From: Ktedonobacterales bacterium
GTDB lineage: Bacteria; Chloroflexota; Ktedonobacteria; Ktedonobacterales; JADMIN01
DNA: 64,000 nt
Assembly: GCA_036273675.1 (NCBI GenBank)
Contig: DASUHD010000178.1
Coordinates: 9,492 to 73,491 of the forward strand
Direction of reading: 5' to 3'
Positions 8,488 to 18,503 of this stretch are shown in pieces; position 1 is the first letter of the stretch, and each line of letters begins with the position of its first letter. Made by a program: the position numbers and the translations under genes. The notes beneath the pieces are model-generated. The model was not told the DNA's origin, searched no databases, and was given only the letters and a program-made list of their open reading frames with translations.

Positions 8488-9882
8488 ATGGCGACAATGG
8501 TCAGAGAGACGACGTACACCTATCCGCCAGGGCCGAAGGGCTTCCCGGTCTTTGGCAACCTCCCACAGTTCCAGCGCGATCCGCTGACCTTTCTCGAAGG
8601 CCTCCATCGCGCGTATGGCCCCATCGCAACTGTTCATATGTTCAGCGAGCCAGTCGTCTTCACCTTCCGTCCGGAGCACGCCTACGACCTGCTGGTCGAG
8701 CGCGCCCGCAGTGTTGGCGTTGGCGAGCGCCCGGGACTGCGCGCGCGGCTCGGCGTCTCGCTGCTCACCACCGACGGCGCGATGCACCGGCGGCAGCGCC
8801 GACTCGTCCAGCCAGCCTTCCACCGCAAGCGCGTGGAGGGCTACGCCGAGATCATGACCAGCCAGACCGTCGAGATGCTCTATGGCTGGCATGTTGGCGA
8901 CGAGATAGATTTTGCCGCCAGGCTGCGCGAGCTGACGTTGCGCATTATCATCAAGGCGCTCTTCGATCTGGACCTCGCCGAAGAAGGCACGCGCCTGAGT
9001 CGCATCTTTGCCACAGTCGTAGACGCCCAGCCCTCCGGGTTCGGCACAATGCTGCCGCCCGCGCTGCTTGGCCTGCCCTTCATGCCCGGACACGCCGCGC
9101 GCGAGACGGTGCGTGCCGCCGGAGCCGATCTGGATGCCTTCGTCTACGGCCTGATCGCCAGTCGCCGGGCGGAGGGTATAGATCGCGGCGACGTGCTCTC
9201 GATGCTGCTGGAAGCGCGCGACGAAGATGGGCAGCCCCTTGGCGAGGTCGAGATTCGCGACCAGGCTATGACCCTGATCGCCGCGGGCCACGAGACGACC
9301 TTTACCGCGCTCTCCTGGACGCTCGATCTGCTCTCGCGGTGGCCAGAGGCCTATGCGCGGCTCCGCGCTGAGGTGGCCGACGTGCTCGGCGGGAGCGTGC
9401 CAGGCGCCGCCGATCTTGCCCGGCTGCCCTATCTGGACGCTGTGATTCAGGAATCGCTGCGCCTGCGGCCGCCCGCGTGGTCTATCAACCGGACGCCTCT
9501 GGAGCCGATCACGCTGGACGGCTATACCTTCCCCGTCGGTTCATCGTTGATCGTCAGTCCGTGGATTCTGCACCGCGAGCCGTCTATCTGGGGCGACGCC
9601 GAGGTCTTCCGCCCGGAGCGCTGGCTCGATGGCAGCACGGAGCATCTGCCACGCGGCGCGTATTTCCCCTTCGGATTGGGGCCGCGTATCTGCATCGGCA
9701 TGCCACTGGCGGAGATGGAGATGCGGCTCGTGCTGGCGACGATCCTCCAGCAGGTCACGCCGGTCGTCGTGCCTGGCTTCCGCCCGATACCGCGCCCGCG
9801 TGTCACCCTCCGGCTGGCGAATGGGCTGCGCGTCCGGTTGGAGTCCGCCACCGCCTCCTCCGCGTTGCCGAAGGTTGTGTGA
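8488..9882 (+). CDS. Cytochrome P450
   Basis: Heme-ligand loop FPFGLGPRICIG, ExxR (ESLR), I-helix AGHETT. The ATG at 8488 (MATMVRE...YPPGPKG) follows GGGGG. Confidence 0.9.
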   Translation: MATMVRETTYTYPPGPKGFPVFGNLPQFQRDPLTFLEGLHRAYGPIATVHMFSEPVVFTFRPEHAYDLLVERARSVGVGERPGLRARLGVSLLTTDGAMHRRQRRLVQPAFHRKRVEGYAEIMTSQTVEMLYGWHVGDEIDFAARLRELTLRIIIKALFDLDLAEEGTRLSRIFATVVDAQPSGFGTMLPPALLGLPFMPGHAARETVRAAGADLDAFVYGLIASRRAEGIDRGDVLSMLLEARDEDGQPLGEVEIRDQAMTLIAAGHETTFTALSWTLDLLSRWPEAYARLRAEVADVLGGSVPGAADLARLPYLDAVIQESLRLRPPAWSINRTPLEPITLDGYTFPVGSSLIVSPWILHREPSIWGDAEVFRPERWLDGSTEHLPRGAYFPFGLGPRICIGMPLAEMEMRLVLATILQQVTPVVVPGFRPIPRPRVTLRLANGLRVRLESATASSALPKVV

Positions 9883-10541
9883 TGATCCCCGACAATCCAC
9901 TACGCAGGCGCCCACAGCAACCGCGCGGCCAGCGCCGTATCGAGGCGATCCTCGACGCGGCGGAGCGCGTGTTCGCCGTGGTGGGCTACGAGGCCACCAG
10001 CACCAACCAGATCGCGGCGGAGGCCCATACCTCCATCGGCTCGCTCTACCAGTTCTTTCCCAACAAAGAGGCCATCCTGCGGGCGCTCGTCGCGCGCTCG
10101 CAGGAGCAGATGCGCGCGGTGCTAGATAGGGTATTCGCCAGCGACCCACGGGACGAGCTATCGCCCGACGAGTTGCTGGACCGTCTGCTCGATCCGCTCA
10201 TTACCCTGTATGCGCGTGGCTACCGCATGCTTGCGCTCTTCGTGGCGCTGCCCCGCATTGGCGATGGCGCGCAGGCCGGGGAGCCGCTTGTGGAGGAGAT
10301 CATATGGCGGCTGGATGCGCGCCTCGCGCGGCGCATGCCTGGGCTATCCCCCGAGCGCCGCGAACTGTCTGTGCGGATGATTGTCGAGACAGTTCGCGCG
10401 CTGATGCCGCTGATGACCACCGCCGAGGGACAGGTGCGCCCGGAGGCTGTCACGGAACTGAAGCGGATGCTACGCGCCTACATCGCGGCGGGGACTTCAG
10501 CATATCAGCTCCGAACGGACCAGACTGGCACAGAGGGATAA
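9882..10541 (+). CDS. TetR/AcrR family transcriptional regulator
   Basis: N-terminal HTH region RIEAILDAAERVFAVVGYEATSTNQIAAEAHTSIGSLYQFFPNKEAI. The start ATG overlaps the P450 stop (TGATG at 9880-9884). Confidence 0.85.
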   Translation: MIPDNPLRRRPQQPRGQRRIEAILDAAERVFAVVGYEATSTNQIAAEAHTSIGSLYQFFPNKEAILRALVARSQEQMRAVLDRVFASDPRDELSPDELLDRLLDPLITLYARGYRMLALFVALPRIGDGAQAGEPLVEEIIWRLDARLARRMPGLSPERRELSVRMIVETVRALMPLMTTAEGQVRPEAVTELKRMLRAYIAAGTSAYQLRTDQTGTEG

Positions 10542-10565
10542 GTCTCCGCGGTCCCGACATATGCG

Positions 10566-11063
10566 CTAGCGCGTCTCAGTGTTCATCTGCTCGCGCCAGG
10601 TGCGGATCATGGTGGTGTGCAGCGGGTAGTGGCTGTAGGTATCGAGCCGCAGGCGGTGACGGAAGCGCGTCTCCGTAGCAAATTGCGCTTCAGGCACGCT
10701 CTGAAGATAAGCGATGAGTTGGCGGTGCGTCTCCACCAGCAGCCGCTGGACTTCGGCGAGCGAGAGACCGCGTTTTGCCTCCGTCATCCGCGCGTTGAAC
10801 GCATCGATGCCACCATAGCTGGCGTAGCGCGGCGGCCTGCCTCCCGCGAGAACCAGCGGGAGGTACTTCAGCGCCTCCTCCTCCCAGGTGGCGACGTGCG
10901 CCAGCATGTCTTTCACCGACCACTCGCCCGCGACGCCCGGCGCCATCATCTCCGCCTCTGTCAGTCCAGCGTATGATTCCCCAAGCGCGGTCCATGCTTT
11001 ATCCAGCCGGGCAAGGAGGTGCTCTCGATTCATTGCCTGCCAGTCACTTTCTCGCACTGTCAT
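10566..11063 (-). CDS. DinB-family four-helix-bundle protein
   Basis: LLARLDKAW..., WSVKDMLAHVATWEEEA and YSHYPLHTTMIR are typical of DinB_2/mycothiol-maleylpyruvate-isomerase-N-like proteins. The start is uncertain (11063 or 11033). The ORF-track start at 11252 overlaps the divergent promoter region. Confidence 0.65.
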   Translation of the reverse strand: MTVRESDWQAMNREHLLARLDKAWTALGESYAGLTEAEMMAPGVAGEWSVKDMLAHVATWEEEALKYLPLVLAGGRPPRYASYGGIDAFNARMTEAKRGLSLAEVQRLLVETHRQLIAYLQSVPEAQFATETRFRHRLRLDTYSHYPLHTTMIRTWREQMNTETR

Positions 11064-11172
11064 ACAAATGCCATGCCGACCTATGGAACAGTGAGATGTC
11101 GCGCTTCGATTCAGCCATTTTTCGCAATGTGATTCCACAACGATATTGTATGCTGGTATAGAGGTGACCCAC

Positions 11173-13269
11173 ATGCACGATATTAACCTGCTGATCAATG
11201 TCGCGGTAGCGCTAGCGGCTGCCTTCATTGGTGGGTTGCTGGCGCGGCGCATCGGCTTGCCAACGCTCGTTGGCTATCTGATCGCCGGGGTCATCATTGG
11301 ACCGTTCACGCCGGGCTTCGTTGGCGACACCGGGACGATTAGCCAGTTGGCGGAACTCGGCATCATTTTCCTGCTCTTCGGTGTGGGCCTGCACTTCTCA
11401 CTGCGTGACCTGTGGGCGGTGCGCGCGGTCGCCATCCCCGGCGCATTGGCGCAGATGATTCTTATCACCGCACTCGGATTCGGCCTGGCGCGCTGGTGGG
11501 GCATGACCACAGCATCTGGGATCGTGCTTGGCCTCACGCTCTCGATTTCCAGCACCGTCGTGCTCCTGCGCGCCCTGATGGATAACGGCCTGCTCAATAC
11601 CTCTCATGGGCGCGTTGCCGTGGGCTGGCTGGTCGTCGAAGACCTGGCTACGGTGCTGATTCTTGTCTTGTTGCCCGCACTCACTGAGGAAACCGGCGTA
11701 CCCGTATGGCAATCAGTGGGTCTGGCGTTGCTGAAGGCGGCGATCTTCGCGGCGCTGATGCTGATCGTCGGGACGCGCTTCATTCCCTGGTTGTTGCTGA
11801 GTGTCGCGCAGATGCGTTCGCGCGAGCTATTCATCGTTATAGTCGTAGTCATTACCGTCGGTACGGCGGTCGCCGCGGCGGAACTCTTTGGTGTCTCGCT
11901 GGCGCTCGGCGCATTCCTTGCTGGGGTCGTCGTCAGTGAATCGTCGACTCGGCACCAGGTGAGCGCCGAGGTGCTTCCCTTCCGTGAAACGTTCACCGTT
12001 CTCTTCTTTGTCTCCATCGGCATGCTCCTCAATCCGCGCAATTTGCTGGGAATCGTCTGGATGGAACTAGCCCTCACGGTTGTCGTCGTCGTGGGCAAAG
12101 CCGTCTTGACGTTCCTTTCCGGCTTCGCGTTGCCCACACCAGCCAGAACGATCCTGGTGGTGGCGGCGGGACGCAGCCAGATCGGCGAATTCTCCTTTGT
12201 ACTGGCGGAATCGGCCATCCTTGCTGGCGTCTTCACGCAGGAGCAATACTCAATGGTGCTGACCACCGCGATTATCTCGATTCTGGTCAACCCATTCATG
12301 TTCCGCCTCATCAAACCCGCTGAATCACTGCTGCGTCGCGCGCCGGGCCTCTGGCGTCGCCTGGACCGGCATGGGACGCCACCAAAGGCGCCCACGGAAG
12401 ACATGAGCGGACACGTTGTCGTCGTCGGATATGGGCGCGTCGGCGAACACATCGTCACCGTGCTGGGCCGTCTGGGGATACCGCGTCTGGTGGTGGAGTT
12501 GGATATTGGCCGCGCCATCGAGCTCGATCAGCAGGGGGTGGCGACGCTCTATGGGGACGCCGCCGACTCGGAGGTGCTCGATCACGCGGGGCTTAGCCGG
12601 GCGCGGGCGCTCGTCGTGACACTGCCAGACGAGACGGCCTGTGAGGTCGTGGTCGCCGCAGGGAGGCGTCAGGCGCCGCAGCTGCCCATCATTGCGCGCG
12701 CCGCGACGCAGCATGGCGTCGAACAGCTGCAGCAACTGGGCGCGCAGGATGTCATCCTGCCCGAGCTGGAGGGCGGCCTCGAAATCATGCGTCATACCCT
12801 CCTGCAACTTGGCTATCCCACGACATATGTAGACAGCTATGCGGAGGTGGTGCGCCGCGACCGCTACGATATCTCCGTCTCGACAGCGGACGAGCGAGGC
12901 GCCCTCGATCAACTCCTGCGCGCGAGCCGCGCCCTTGGCATCGCCTGGTTCTGCATCAGCGAGGGCAGTTCCCTCATCGACCAGCCGCTATCGGAGGTGC
13001 GGCTGAATACCAATCGCCGGAGCCGCATCATTGCGGTATTGCGCGATGGCCAACTGATCGCGCATCCCGAACCCGGTTTCCGCTTGCGGTCAAACGACCT
13101 GGTGAGTGTCATCGGCGAAAGTGGCGCATCCGACGGTGTAGATGGTTCGGATGGCGTCGCTATCGGCTCGCTCTCTTCTTCGAATGCGCTCGAAGACGCT
13201 CTCAATCGTCAACTGAAACCGCTCGAAGCCGAGAATATTGCTGAGCCAGGCCCTCCAGAACCCCGTTAA
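11173..13269 (+). CDS. CPA2 cation:proton antiporter with C-terminal RCK (TrkA-N and TrkA-C) domains (YbaL/KefB-like)
   Basis: About 12 TM Na_H_exchanger region (GLPTLVGYLIAGVIIGP), Rossmann motif VVVVGYGRVGEHI, and a TrkA-C-like end (IIAVLRDGQLIAHPEPGFRLRSNDLVSVIG). Confidence 0.85.
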   Translation: MHDINLLINVAVALAAAFIGGLLARRIGLPTLVGYLIAGVIIGPFTPGFVGDTGTISQLAELGIIFLLFGVGLHFSLRDLWAVRAVAIPGALAQMILITALGFGLARWWGMTTASGIVLGLTLSISSTVVLLRALMDNGLLNTSHGRVAVGWLVVEDLATVLILVLLPALTEETGVPVWQSVGLALLKAAIFAALMLIVGTRFIPWLLLSVAQMRSRELFIVIVVVITVGTAVAAAELFGVSLALGAFLAGVVVSESSTRHQVSAEVLPFRETFTVLFFVSIGMLLNPRNLLGIVWMELALTVVVVVGKAVLTFLSGFALPTPARTILVVAAGRSQIGEFSFVLAESAILAGVFTQEQYSMVLTTAIISILVNPFMFRLIKPAESLLRRAPGLWRRLDRHGTPPKAPTEDMSGHVVVVGYGRVGEHIVTVLGRLGIPRLVVELDIGRAIELDQQGVATLYGDAADSEVLDHAGLSRARALVVTLPDETACEVVVAAGRRQAPQLPIIARAATQHGVEQLQQLGAQDVILPELEGGLEIMRHTLLQLGYPTTYVDSYAEVVRRDRYDISVSTADERGALDQLLRASRALGIAWFCISEGSSLIDQPLSEVRLNTNRRSRIIAVLRDGQLIAHPEPGFRLRSNDLVSVIGESGASDGVDGSDGVAIGSLSSSNALEDALNRQLKPLEAENIAEPGPPEPR

Positions 13270-13482
13270 TCGGCGTCAGCAGCCTTGGGGCGCAGGCTGA
13301 AGGACCAGGAGTCTGCGCGCCGTCCTCTCTAACTCTGCGCAAATACGGCGGATCTCTGCGCGAATCCGCTGAATTTCTGCGCTCTTGGGCGAGATGGCAG
13401 CACGTATGATGCCGTAGTTCTTGCTGATTGCCAACTGCATGCAAGGGCAAGCATTGTTCGCGTTCTCAGGAGAAAGCAGGAT

Positions 13483-15216
13483 ATGCGCTCACGTAAAACA
13501 ATCATGTTCGCGCTGGTCACCATGGCGTCAGTGCTGGTCATGGTACTCACCGCTTGTGGCGGCAGCACCAGCGGAACTGGCGCTCAGGCCCCCGACAGCA
13601 AACAGGTGATCAGCGTCAGCCTGGTACCTGCGGCGAACGACATTCGTCGTCTTGACCCGCAGAGGATCACCGACCTGTACTCGTTCTCGGCGGCCCAGCC
13701 GGTATTTCCGGGGCTGTATACCTACGACAACGATTACAAGATTATTCCATGGGCGGCCCAGGCGCTGCCTACCGTGACAGATGGCGGCCTGACCTACACC
13801 TTCAAGATCCGCCCTGGTCTGAAGTGGTCCGATGGCACCCCGATTGACGCCAACACGTTCGCGTATTCGTGGAACCGTGGCCTTGATCCCTGCACCAATT
13901 CAGGCGCGTCTTCGTACCTGTATCCGATCAAAGGCGCCGCCGCGTTCAATCAGGGAACTTGCCCTGACGCCAACGCCACGAACCCGGTTTCTACCGACAC
14001 GCTGATTGGCAAGTCCATTGTAGTGACCGACCCGCAGACGCTGACCGTCACGCTCGAGAAGCCGTTCGCCTATTTCTTGCCAACTGTGGCTGCGACCGCT
14101 GTCGTGCTGGCTTCTCCGAAGCAGTTGATCGAGAAGTATGGCATCAAAGACTGGACCGAGCACCTGACCGATAACGGTGGATTTGGTGGCAACCTGTTCA
14201 AAGTCACCGTCTGGGATCACAAGGGTAACTTGCAGTTGACCCGCAACGACGGCTTCTGGGGAACCAAGCCGAAGCTGCGCCAGATCAACTTCAAGATCTA
14301 CAAAGACGCCGACACTTCCTACAACTCCTACCTGAATGGGCAGGTCGATGTGGGTGTCGCTGGCCTGCCGCCCACGGCAACCTACCAGCAGATGAAGACG
14401 CGCAGTGACTTCCACCAGAGCGATAATCTGGCCACCAGTTATCTCGGCCCGAACTGGGCGAAGCCGCCATTCGACGATCTCGCCGCTCGCCAGGCCTTCG
14501 CGCTGGCCGTTGACCGCGACGCACTGAACGCGGTGGCTCAGGGCGCTGGCACGCCGACCTACCACATCGTGCCAAAGGGGCAGCCGGGCTACTTCGACGG
14601 CCTCAAGAACATTGATGGGAAGACCGGCGCCGCTGCCAACAAGGCGGACGACGCCATGGCGAAGCAGTTGATCACCGACTACGCCAACCGCAAGTGCGGT
14701 GGGGATATCACCAAGTGTCCTAAAGTGACGTACGAGACCAGCAACACCCCCAGCAACATCGCCGGGTCGCAGGCGCTGCTTCAGATGTGGAAGACCGCCA
14801 TGCCTGGGTATCCGGTGGAGATTTCGAACGTTGACTTCGGCACACTCATCAACGATGTCTATTCCGGCAGTGCGCCGCAGCTCTTCGGCATCGGCTGGAT
14901 TGTGGACTATCCCGATCCTCAGGACTGGCTCTCGCTGCAATTCCTGCCTGGTTCCTCGGTGAACGTGCAGAACATCAACTACGCGCCAGCCAATGACCTG
15001 ATGAATCAGGCCGATATCGAGCAGGATCAGACGAAGCGCTTCCAGTTGTACAATCAGGCCGAGCAGATGATGGTTGACCAGGTCGGCTGGATTGTCACGA
15101 ACCAGCAAATCGCGGTCTGGCTCTTCAGCGGGAGCAAGATCGCAGGGTATCGCCAGAATACCTCTGGCTACACCTCGCTGACCGACTGGCAGAATACCGT
15201 CTACGTGAAGGGCTAG
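13483..15216 (+). CDS. ABC transporter substrate-binding lipoprotein, family 5 (peptide/nickel, OppA/DppA-like)
   Basis: Signal peptide with lipobox LTACGGS. 577 aa with family-5 SBP-like blocks (LTYTFKIRPGLKWSDGTPI, WIVDYPDPQDWL). Confidence 0.85.
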   Translation: MRSRKTIMFALVTMASVLVMVLTACGGSTSGTGAQAPDSKQVISVSLVPAANDIRRLDPQRITDLYSFSAAQPVFPGLYTYDNDYKIIPWAAQALPTVTDGGLTYTFKIRPGLKWSDGTPIDANTFAYSWNRGLDPCTNSGASSYLYPIKGAAAFNQGTCPDANATNPVSTDTLIGKSIVVTDPQTLTVTLEKPFAYFLPTVAATAVVLASPKQLIEKYGIKDWTEHLTDNGGFGGNLFKVTVWDHKGNLQLTRNDGFWGTKPKLRQINFKIYKDADTSYNSYLNGQVDVGVAGLPPTATYQQMKTRSDFHQSDNLATSYLGPNWAKPPFDDLAARQAFALAVDRDALNAVAQGAGTPTYHIVPKGQPGYFDGLKNIDGKTGAAANKADDAMAKQLITDYANRKCGGDITKCPKVTYETSNTPSNIAGSQALLQMWKTAMPGYPVEISNVDFGTLINDVYSGSAPQLFGIGWIVDYPDPQDWLSLQFLPGSSVNVQNINYAPANDLMNQADIEQDQTKRFQLYNQAEQMMVDQVGWIVTNQQIAVWLFSGSKIAGYRQNTSGYTSLTDWQNTVYVKG

Positions 15217-15243
15217 CGCCCAGGCGCTTGTCTGACGTGTAGT

Positions 15244-15287
15244 GGAAGGGGAAGCAGGGCCGCATCCGTGGCTCTGCCTTCTCCTTC
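15244..15287 (+). terminator. Candidate intra-operon hairpin after the SBP gene
   Basis: GGAAGGGGAAGCAGGGCC (15244-15261) pairs imperfectly with GGCTCTGCCTTCTCCTTC (15270-15287). The pairing has one mismatch and a few G-U pairs. This is the typical position for an SBP/permease attenuating hairpin. Confidence 0.3.
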
Positions 15288-15421
15288 GCTCACAACGACG
15301 CTTAGTCAGGTGGGGTATGCGTACCAAACGTATCTCGTCATCTATTCCGCTCCTGCGCATAGCGACACCTCTTGCGCAACGTTGAACCATGCGGTGCGAA
15401 AGTCGCCAGGGGAGATAAAGT

Positions 15422-16441
15422 ATGGGTGATTTTCTTTCGGGCGCCGTCCCGGTAATTCTCGGCCTCGCGGTGCTGGCATTACTGGTGTTAGCGACTCTCC
15501 GGTTGGGAGTTCGCTTCGTAATACGCCGCCTGGTGGGACTGGTTTTCGTGATTATTGGGGTGACATTCATCACGTTCATCATGGGCTACTTTGCCCCTGG
15601 AAACGCCGTCTATACGCAACTGGGCCAGCATTATACCAAAGAAGCGTACGACCATCTTACCCAGTTCTATGGGCTGAATCTGCCCTGGTATCAGCAGTAT
15701 CTCAACTTCCTGGGGCGGCTCCTCCATTTCGATCTGGGCTACTCCTTTATCAATGAAGCGGATTCTGTCTGGACAATCCTGGGGCGTTACGTACCCGCCT
15801 CAGCGGTGTTGGGTATCTCGGGCGTTGTGCTCGCAGTGCTGGTGGGCGTGCCTCTAGGCGTGATCGCGGCGATGCGCGCGCGCACCCGTGTTGATAGCAC
15901 GGTGCAAGGCGTCGCGCTGGTGCTATTTGCGTTGCCGAGTTTCGTGATTATCCCGATTTTCGACCTCGCGATGGTCTGGCTGCATTCCCAGGGTCTGCCC
16001 TCTCTGGCGGTCTCTGGTTGGGGATCGCTTGATACCATGATCGCTCCGATTGTGATTTTCAGCGCGAGCATCTTCGCCTTCTACGTGCGTCTCACCCGTT
16101 CGAGCATGCTCGAAGTGCTGGGACAAGACTACGTGCGTACGGCGCGCGCTAAGGGCATACACGAGCGCATGGTCATCTGGCGTCATGCGTTTCGCAACGC
16201 GCTCATTCCGCTGCTCACCGCTGTCGGCCCAGCGCTGGCCTTCGCCGTAGTAGGCGTGTTTGTGGTCGAGCTGCTCTTCAATATCCCCGGCATCGGCACG
16301 GAAACGATCGCGGCAATTACCCAGCGCGACTTCCCCGTTGTGCAGGGGACGGTGATTCTGCTCGCCGTCACGATTGTCCTCATGAATCTGATGACGGATA
16401 TCGCGTATGGTTTCGCCGACCCACGCATCAAGACCGAATAG
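15422..16441 (+). CDS. ABC transporter permease (DppB/OppB-like)
   Basis: BPD_transp_1 EAA-like loop (YVRTARAKGIHERMVIWRHAFRNALIP) and six TM segments. Confidence 0.85.
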   Translation: MGDFLSGAVPVILGLAVLALLVLATLRLGVRFVIRRLVGLVFVIIGVTFITFIMGYFAPGNAVYTQLGQHYTKEAYDHLTQFYGLNLPWYQQYLNFLGRLLHFDLGYSFINEADSVWTILGRYVPASAVLGISGVVLAVLVGVPLGVIAAMRARTRVDSTVQGVALVLFALPSFVIIPIFDLAMVWLHSQGLPSLAVSGWGSLDTMIAPIVIFSASIFAFYVRLTRSSMLEVLGQDYVRTARAKGIHERMVIWRHAFRNALIPLLTAVGPALAFAVVGVFVVELLFNIPGIGTETIAAITQRDFPVVQGTVILLAVTIVLMNLMTDIAYGFADPRIKTE

Positions 16442-16483
16442 CAGGCGCGAGATGCAGGCTACGTACGAGAAGGCTGGTGAGTT

Positions 16484-17554
16484 ATGACGATCAATCGTGA
16501 CTTCGAGGAGCAGAGCGCTGGCGCCCAGGTTGGTGTTGGTCCATTCTACGACAATACAAATGCGCCGACCCAGGCGATGCTCGATACCCAGGTGATGATG
16601 GACAGCCCGGAAGCGAAATCGCGGTCACCACTGGTGGCCTCGCTGCGGCGCTTCGGGCGCGATAAACGGGCGATGATTAGCCTGGCGATCATTGTGGTCA
16701 TCGTCGGGATCGCCTTCATCGGTCCGCTCATCTATATGCACATCGGTCCGACTATCATCGGTGGCCCGTCGTTGCAGGATCACATCGGCCCGCAGATTTA
16801 CCACGACCCCACCCACCAGGAGTTGACCAAACTTAATCAGCCGCCCAGCGCAGCCTATCCGCTGGGTACGGACCAGCTTGGTCGCGACATTCTGGCCCGC
16901 CTGATGGCCGGAGTTCAGGTCTCGATCGTTATCACCATGGTGGTTGTGACCTTTGACGTTGTCCTGGGTCTGATTATCGGGACGCTCGCGGGTTTCTTCG
17001 GCGGCTGGATGGATACATTCCTGGCGCGCTTCACCGATCTGATGTTCGCGTTCCCCATCCTGCTCTTCGCGATCCTCGCGGCTGCGACGCTCGGCCCGGC
17101 ATTTATCGACCGTTTCGGCCCGTCAGGACGACTGCTGCTGGTGGCCCTGGCGCTCGGATTCACCATCTGGCCACAGATGGCGCGTTTTGTGCGCGGCCAG
17201 ACGCTTTCGCTCAAAGGGCAGCAATATGTCGAGGCGGCGAGGAGTGTCGGCGGCACCGACCGGGCGGTTATCACGCGCCACATCGTCCCCAATCTCTTCA
17301 ATATCGTGCTGACGGCGGCGACATTGGATATGGTGGGCATCATCACGGCGGAGGCGACGCTCTCGCTGCTCGGCCTGGGGGTGCAGGCGCCGGGGTCGAG
17401 CCTGGGGCTGATGATCTCCGATGCCTCGGGACTGATCTACATTCAGTGGACCGAGGTGCTCTGGCCGGTGTTGGTGCTGGCCGCGCTGGTTCTCTGCTTC
17501 TCGTTTGTCGGCGACGGGGTGGGCGATGCGTTCAACCCGCGGACGAAAGACTAG
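16484..17554 (+). CDS. ABC transporter permease (DppC/OppC-like)
   Basis: N-terminal OppC-type region (PLGTDQLGRDILARL) and EAA loop (YVEAARSVGGTDRAVITRHIVPN). Confidence 0.85.
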   Translation: MTINRDFEEQSAGAQVGVGPFYDNTNAPTQAMLDTQVMMDSPEAKSRSPLVASLRRFGRDKRAMISLAIIVVIVGIAFIGPLIYMHIGPTIIGGPSLQDHIGPQIYHDPTHQELTKLNQPPSAAYPLGTDQLGRDILARLMAGVQVSIVITMVVVTFDVVLGLIIGTLAGFFGGWMDTFLARFTDLMFAFPILLFAILAAATLGPAFIDRFGPSGRLLLVALALGFTIWPQMARFVRGQTLSLKGQQYVEAARSVGGTDRAVITRHIVPNLFNIVLTAATLDMVGIITAEATLSLLGLGVQAPGSSLGLMISDASGLIYIQWTEVLWPVLVLAALVLCFSFVGDGVGDAFNPRTKD

Positions 17555-17606
17555 CCAGGGGACGATAGGTAGCAAGGATGGTTATGAGTGAGCAAGGACG
17601 AGAGTC

Positions 17607-18368
17607 ATGCTGACTGATCAACAGATGCCGGATGCCTCCGGCGCGGGAAGCTCCAGCCAGCCTCCCGCGCCGCGCGGGCGGCGTCCGCTGGCGATTGCCG
17701 GGGCGGTTGTCGTGCTGGTGGCGATCATCGCGGGGGTCGTCTGGGGCGTGACGCGCGGGAATGCGGGCGTAGCGAACCATCCAGGCGCCACGCCGAGCGC
17801 TACGGTGACGCCCGCGCCACGGGTGGTCTATCAGTCCGACTGGTCGCACGGCGCCGATGGCTGGACGCTGCCCGCGACGGCACGGGTTGTCGATGGGCAT
17901 CTGGCGATCTCCGGCAGCCAGGCGGTGCAGGTCGAGATTCCCTATGTGCCGACGACGCGCAACTACACGATTGAGATGGACTACCAGATCGTGCGCGCGG
18001 AGATTGGGGGACACTTCGGCCTGACGGCGTTCAACGGCTCTGGCGACCGCCAGTATCTGGCGCAGATGCAGTGTACGCCGATGCACCAGGGCGCGTGGAA
18101 CCCCTCGCTGGGAGGATGCGTCGGCGCGGTCCTGGTGACGGCGCGCGGCGGCACGTATCCCGCGGGCCTGTTTACCTCAGACTACGTCGTCCACGGTGGG
18201 GCGCAGTCATTTAGCCTTGGCCTGGCGGGCGATACCGTCAACTTCTGCTCGTCGGGTGACTGCGTCTCGCCCGTATCGAGCGCGACGCCGCTGGACACCT
18301 CGCCGCACCTGATGATCGAAGACCGCGCCGTCAACCTGATCGTCACGCGCATTGCGGTGCTGGCCTGA
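17607..18368 (+). CDS. Hypothetical membrane-anchored protein (single N-terminal TM, extracytoplasmic beta-rich domain)
   Basis: TM segment LAIAGAVVVLVAIIAGVVWGV followed by a ~190-aa domain with no motif I can name. Coding-like composition. Confidence 0.5.
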   Translation: MLTDQQMPDASGAGSSSQPPAPRGRRPLAIAGAVVVLVAIIAGVVWGVTRGNAGVANHPGATPSATVTPAPRVVYQSDWSHGADGWTLPATARVVDGHLAISGSQAVQVEIPYVPTTRNYTIEMDYQIVRAEIGGHFGLTAFNGSGDRQYLAQMQCTPMHQGAWNPSLGGCVGAVLVTARGGTYPAGLFTSDYVVHGGAQSFSLGLAGDTVNFCSSGDCVSPVSSATPLDTSPHLMIEDRAVNLIVTRIAVLA

Positions 18369-18503
18369 CAGAGCGGGTATCACGCCGAGCGGTCAGGCGA
18401 AGTCGTCGGCGTGATATTGTGTATGTAGAAGCCCGCCCTGGGCTTCTCTGGACGAGATGCGCCGTACCCGGTCCGCAAAGTCGACGCATGGAGTCCCACC
18501 CCT

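Noticed and set aside
9477-9881. N-terminal 135 codons of the ORF-track entry 9477..10541
   Set aside because: This part overlaps the P450 gene in another frame and is Arg/Ala-rich. TetR homology begins only at the ATG at 9882.
11604-12518. 304-aa minus-strand ORF inside the CPA2 antiporter gene
   Set aside because: Antisense shadow ORF with Thr/Ser/Arg-rich low complexity. The plus strand has clear transporter and RCK motifs.
13900-15582. 560-aa minus-strand ORF antisense to the ABC substrate-binding protein gene
   Set aside because: It is Arg/Gly/Val-rich with no recognisable motifs. The opposite strand encodes a strongly family-5-SBP-like protein with a lipoprotein signal. This is a typical shadow ORF of high-GC DNA.
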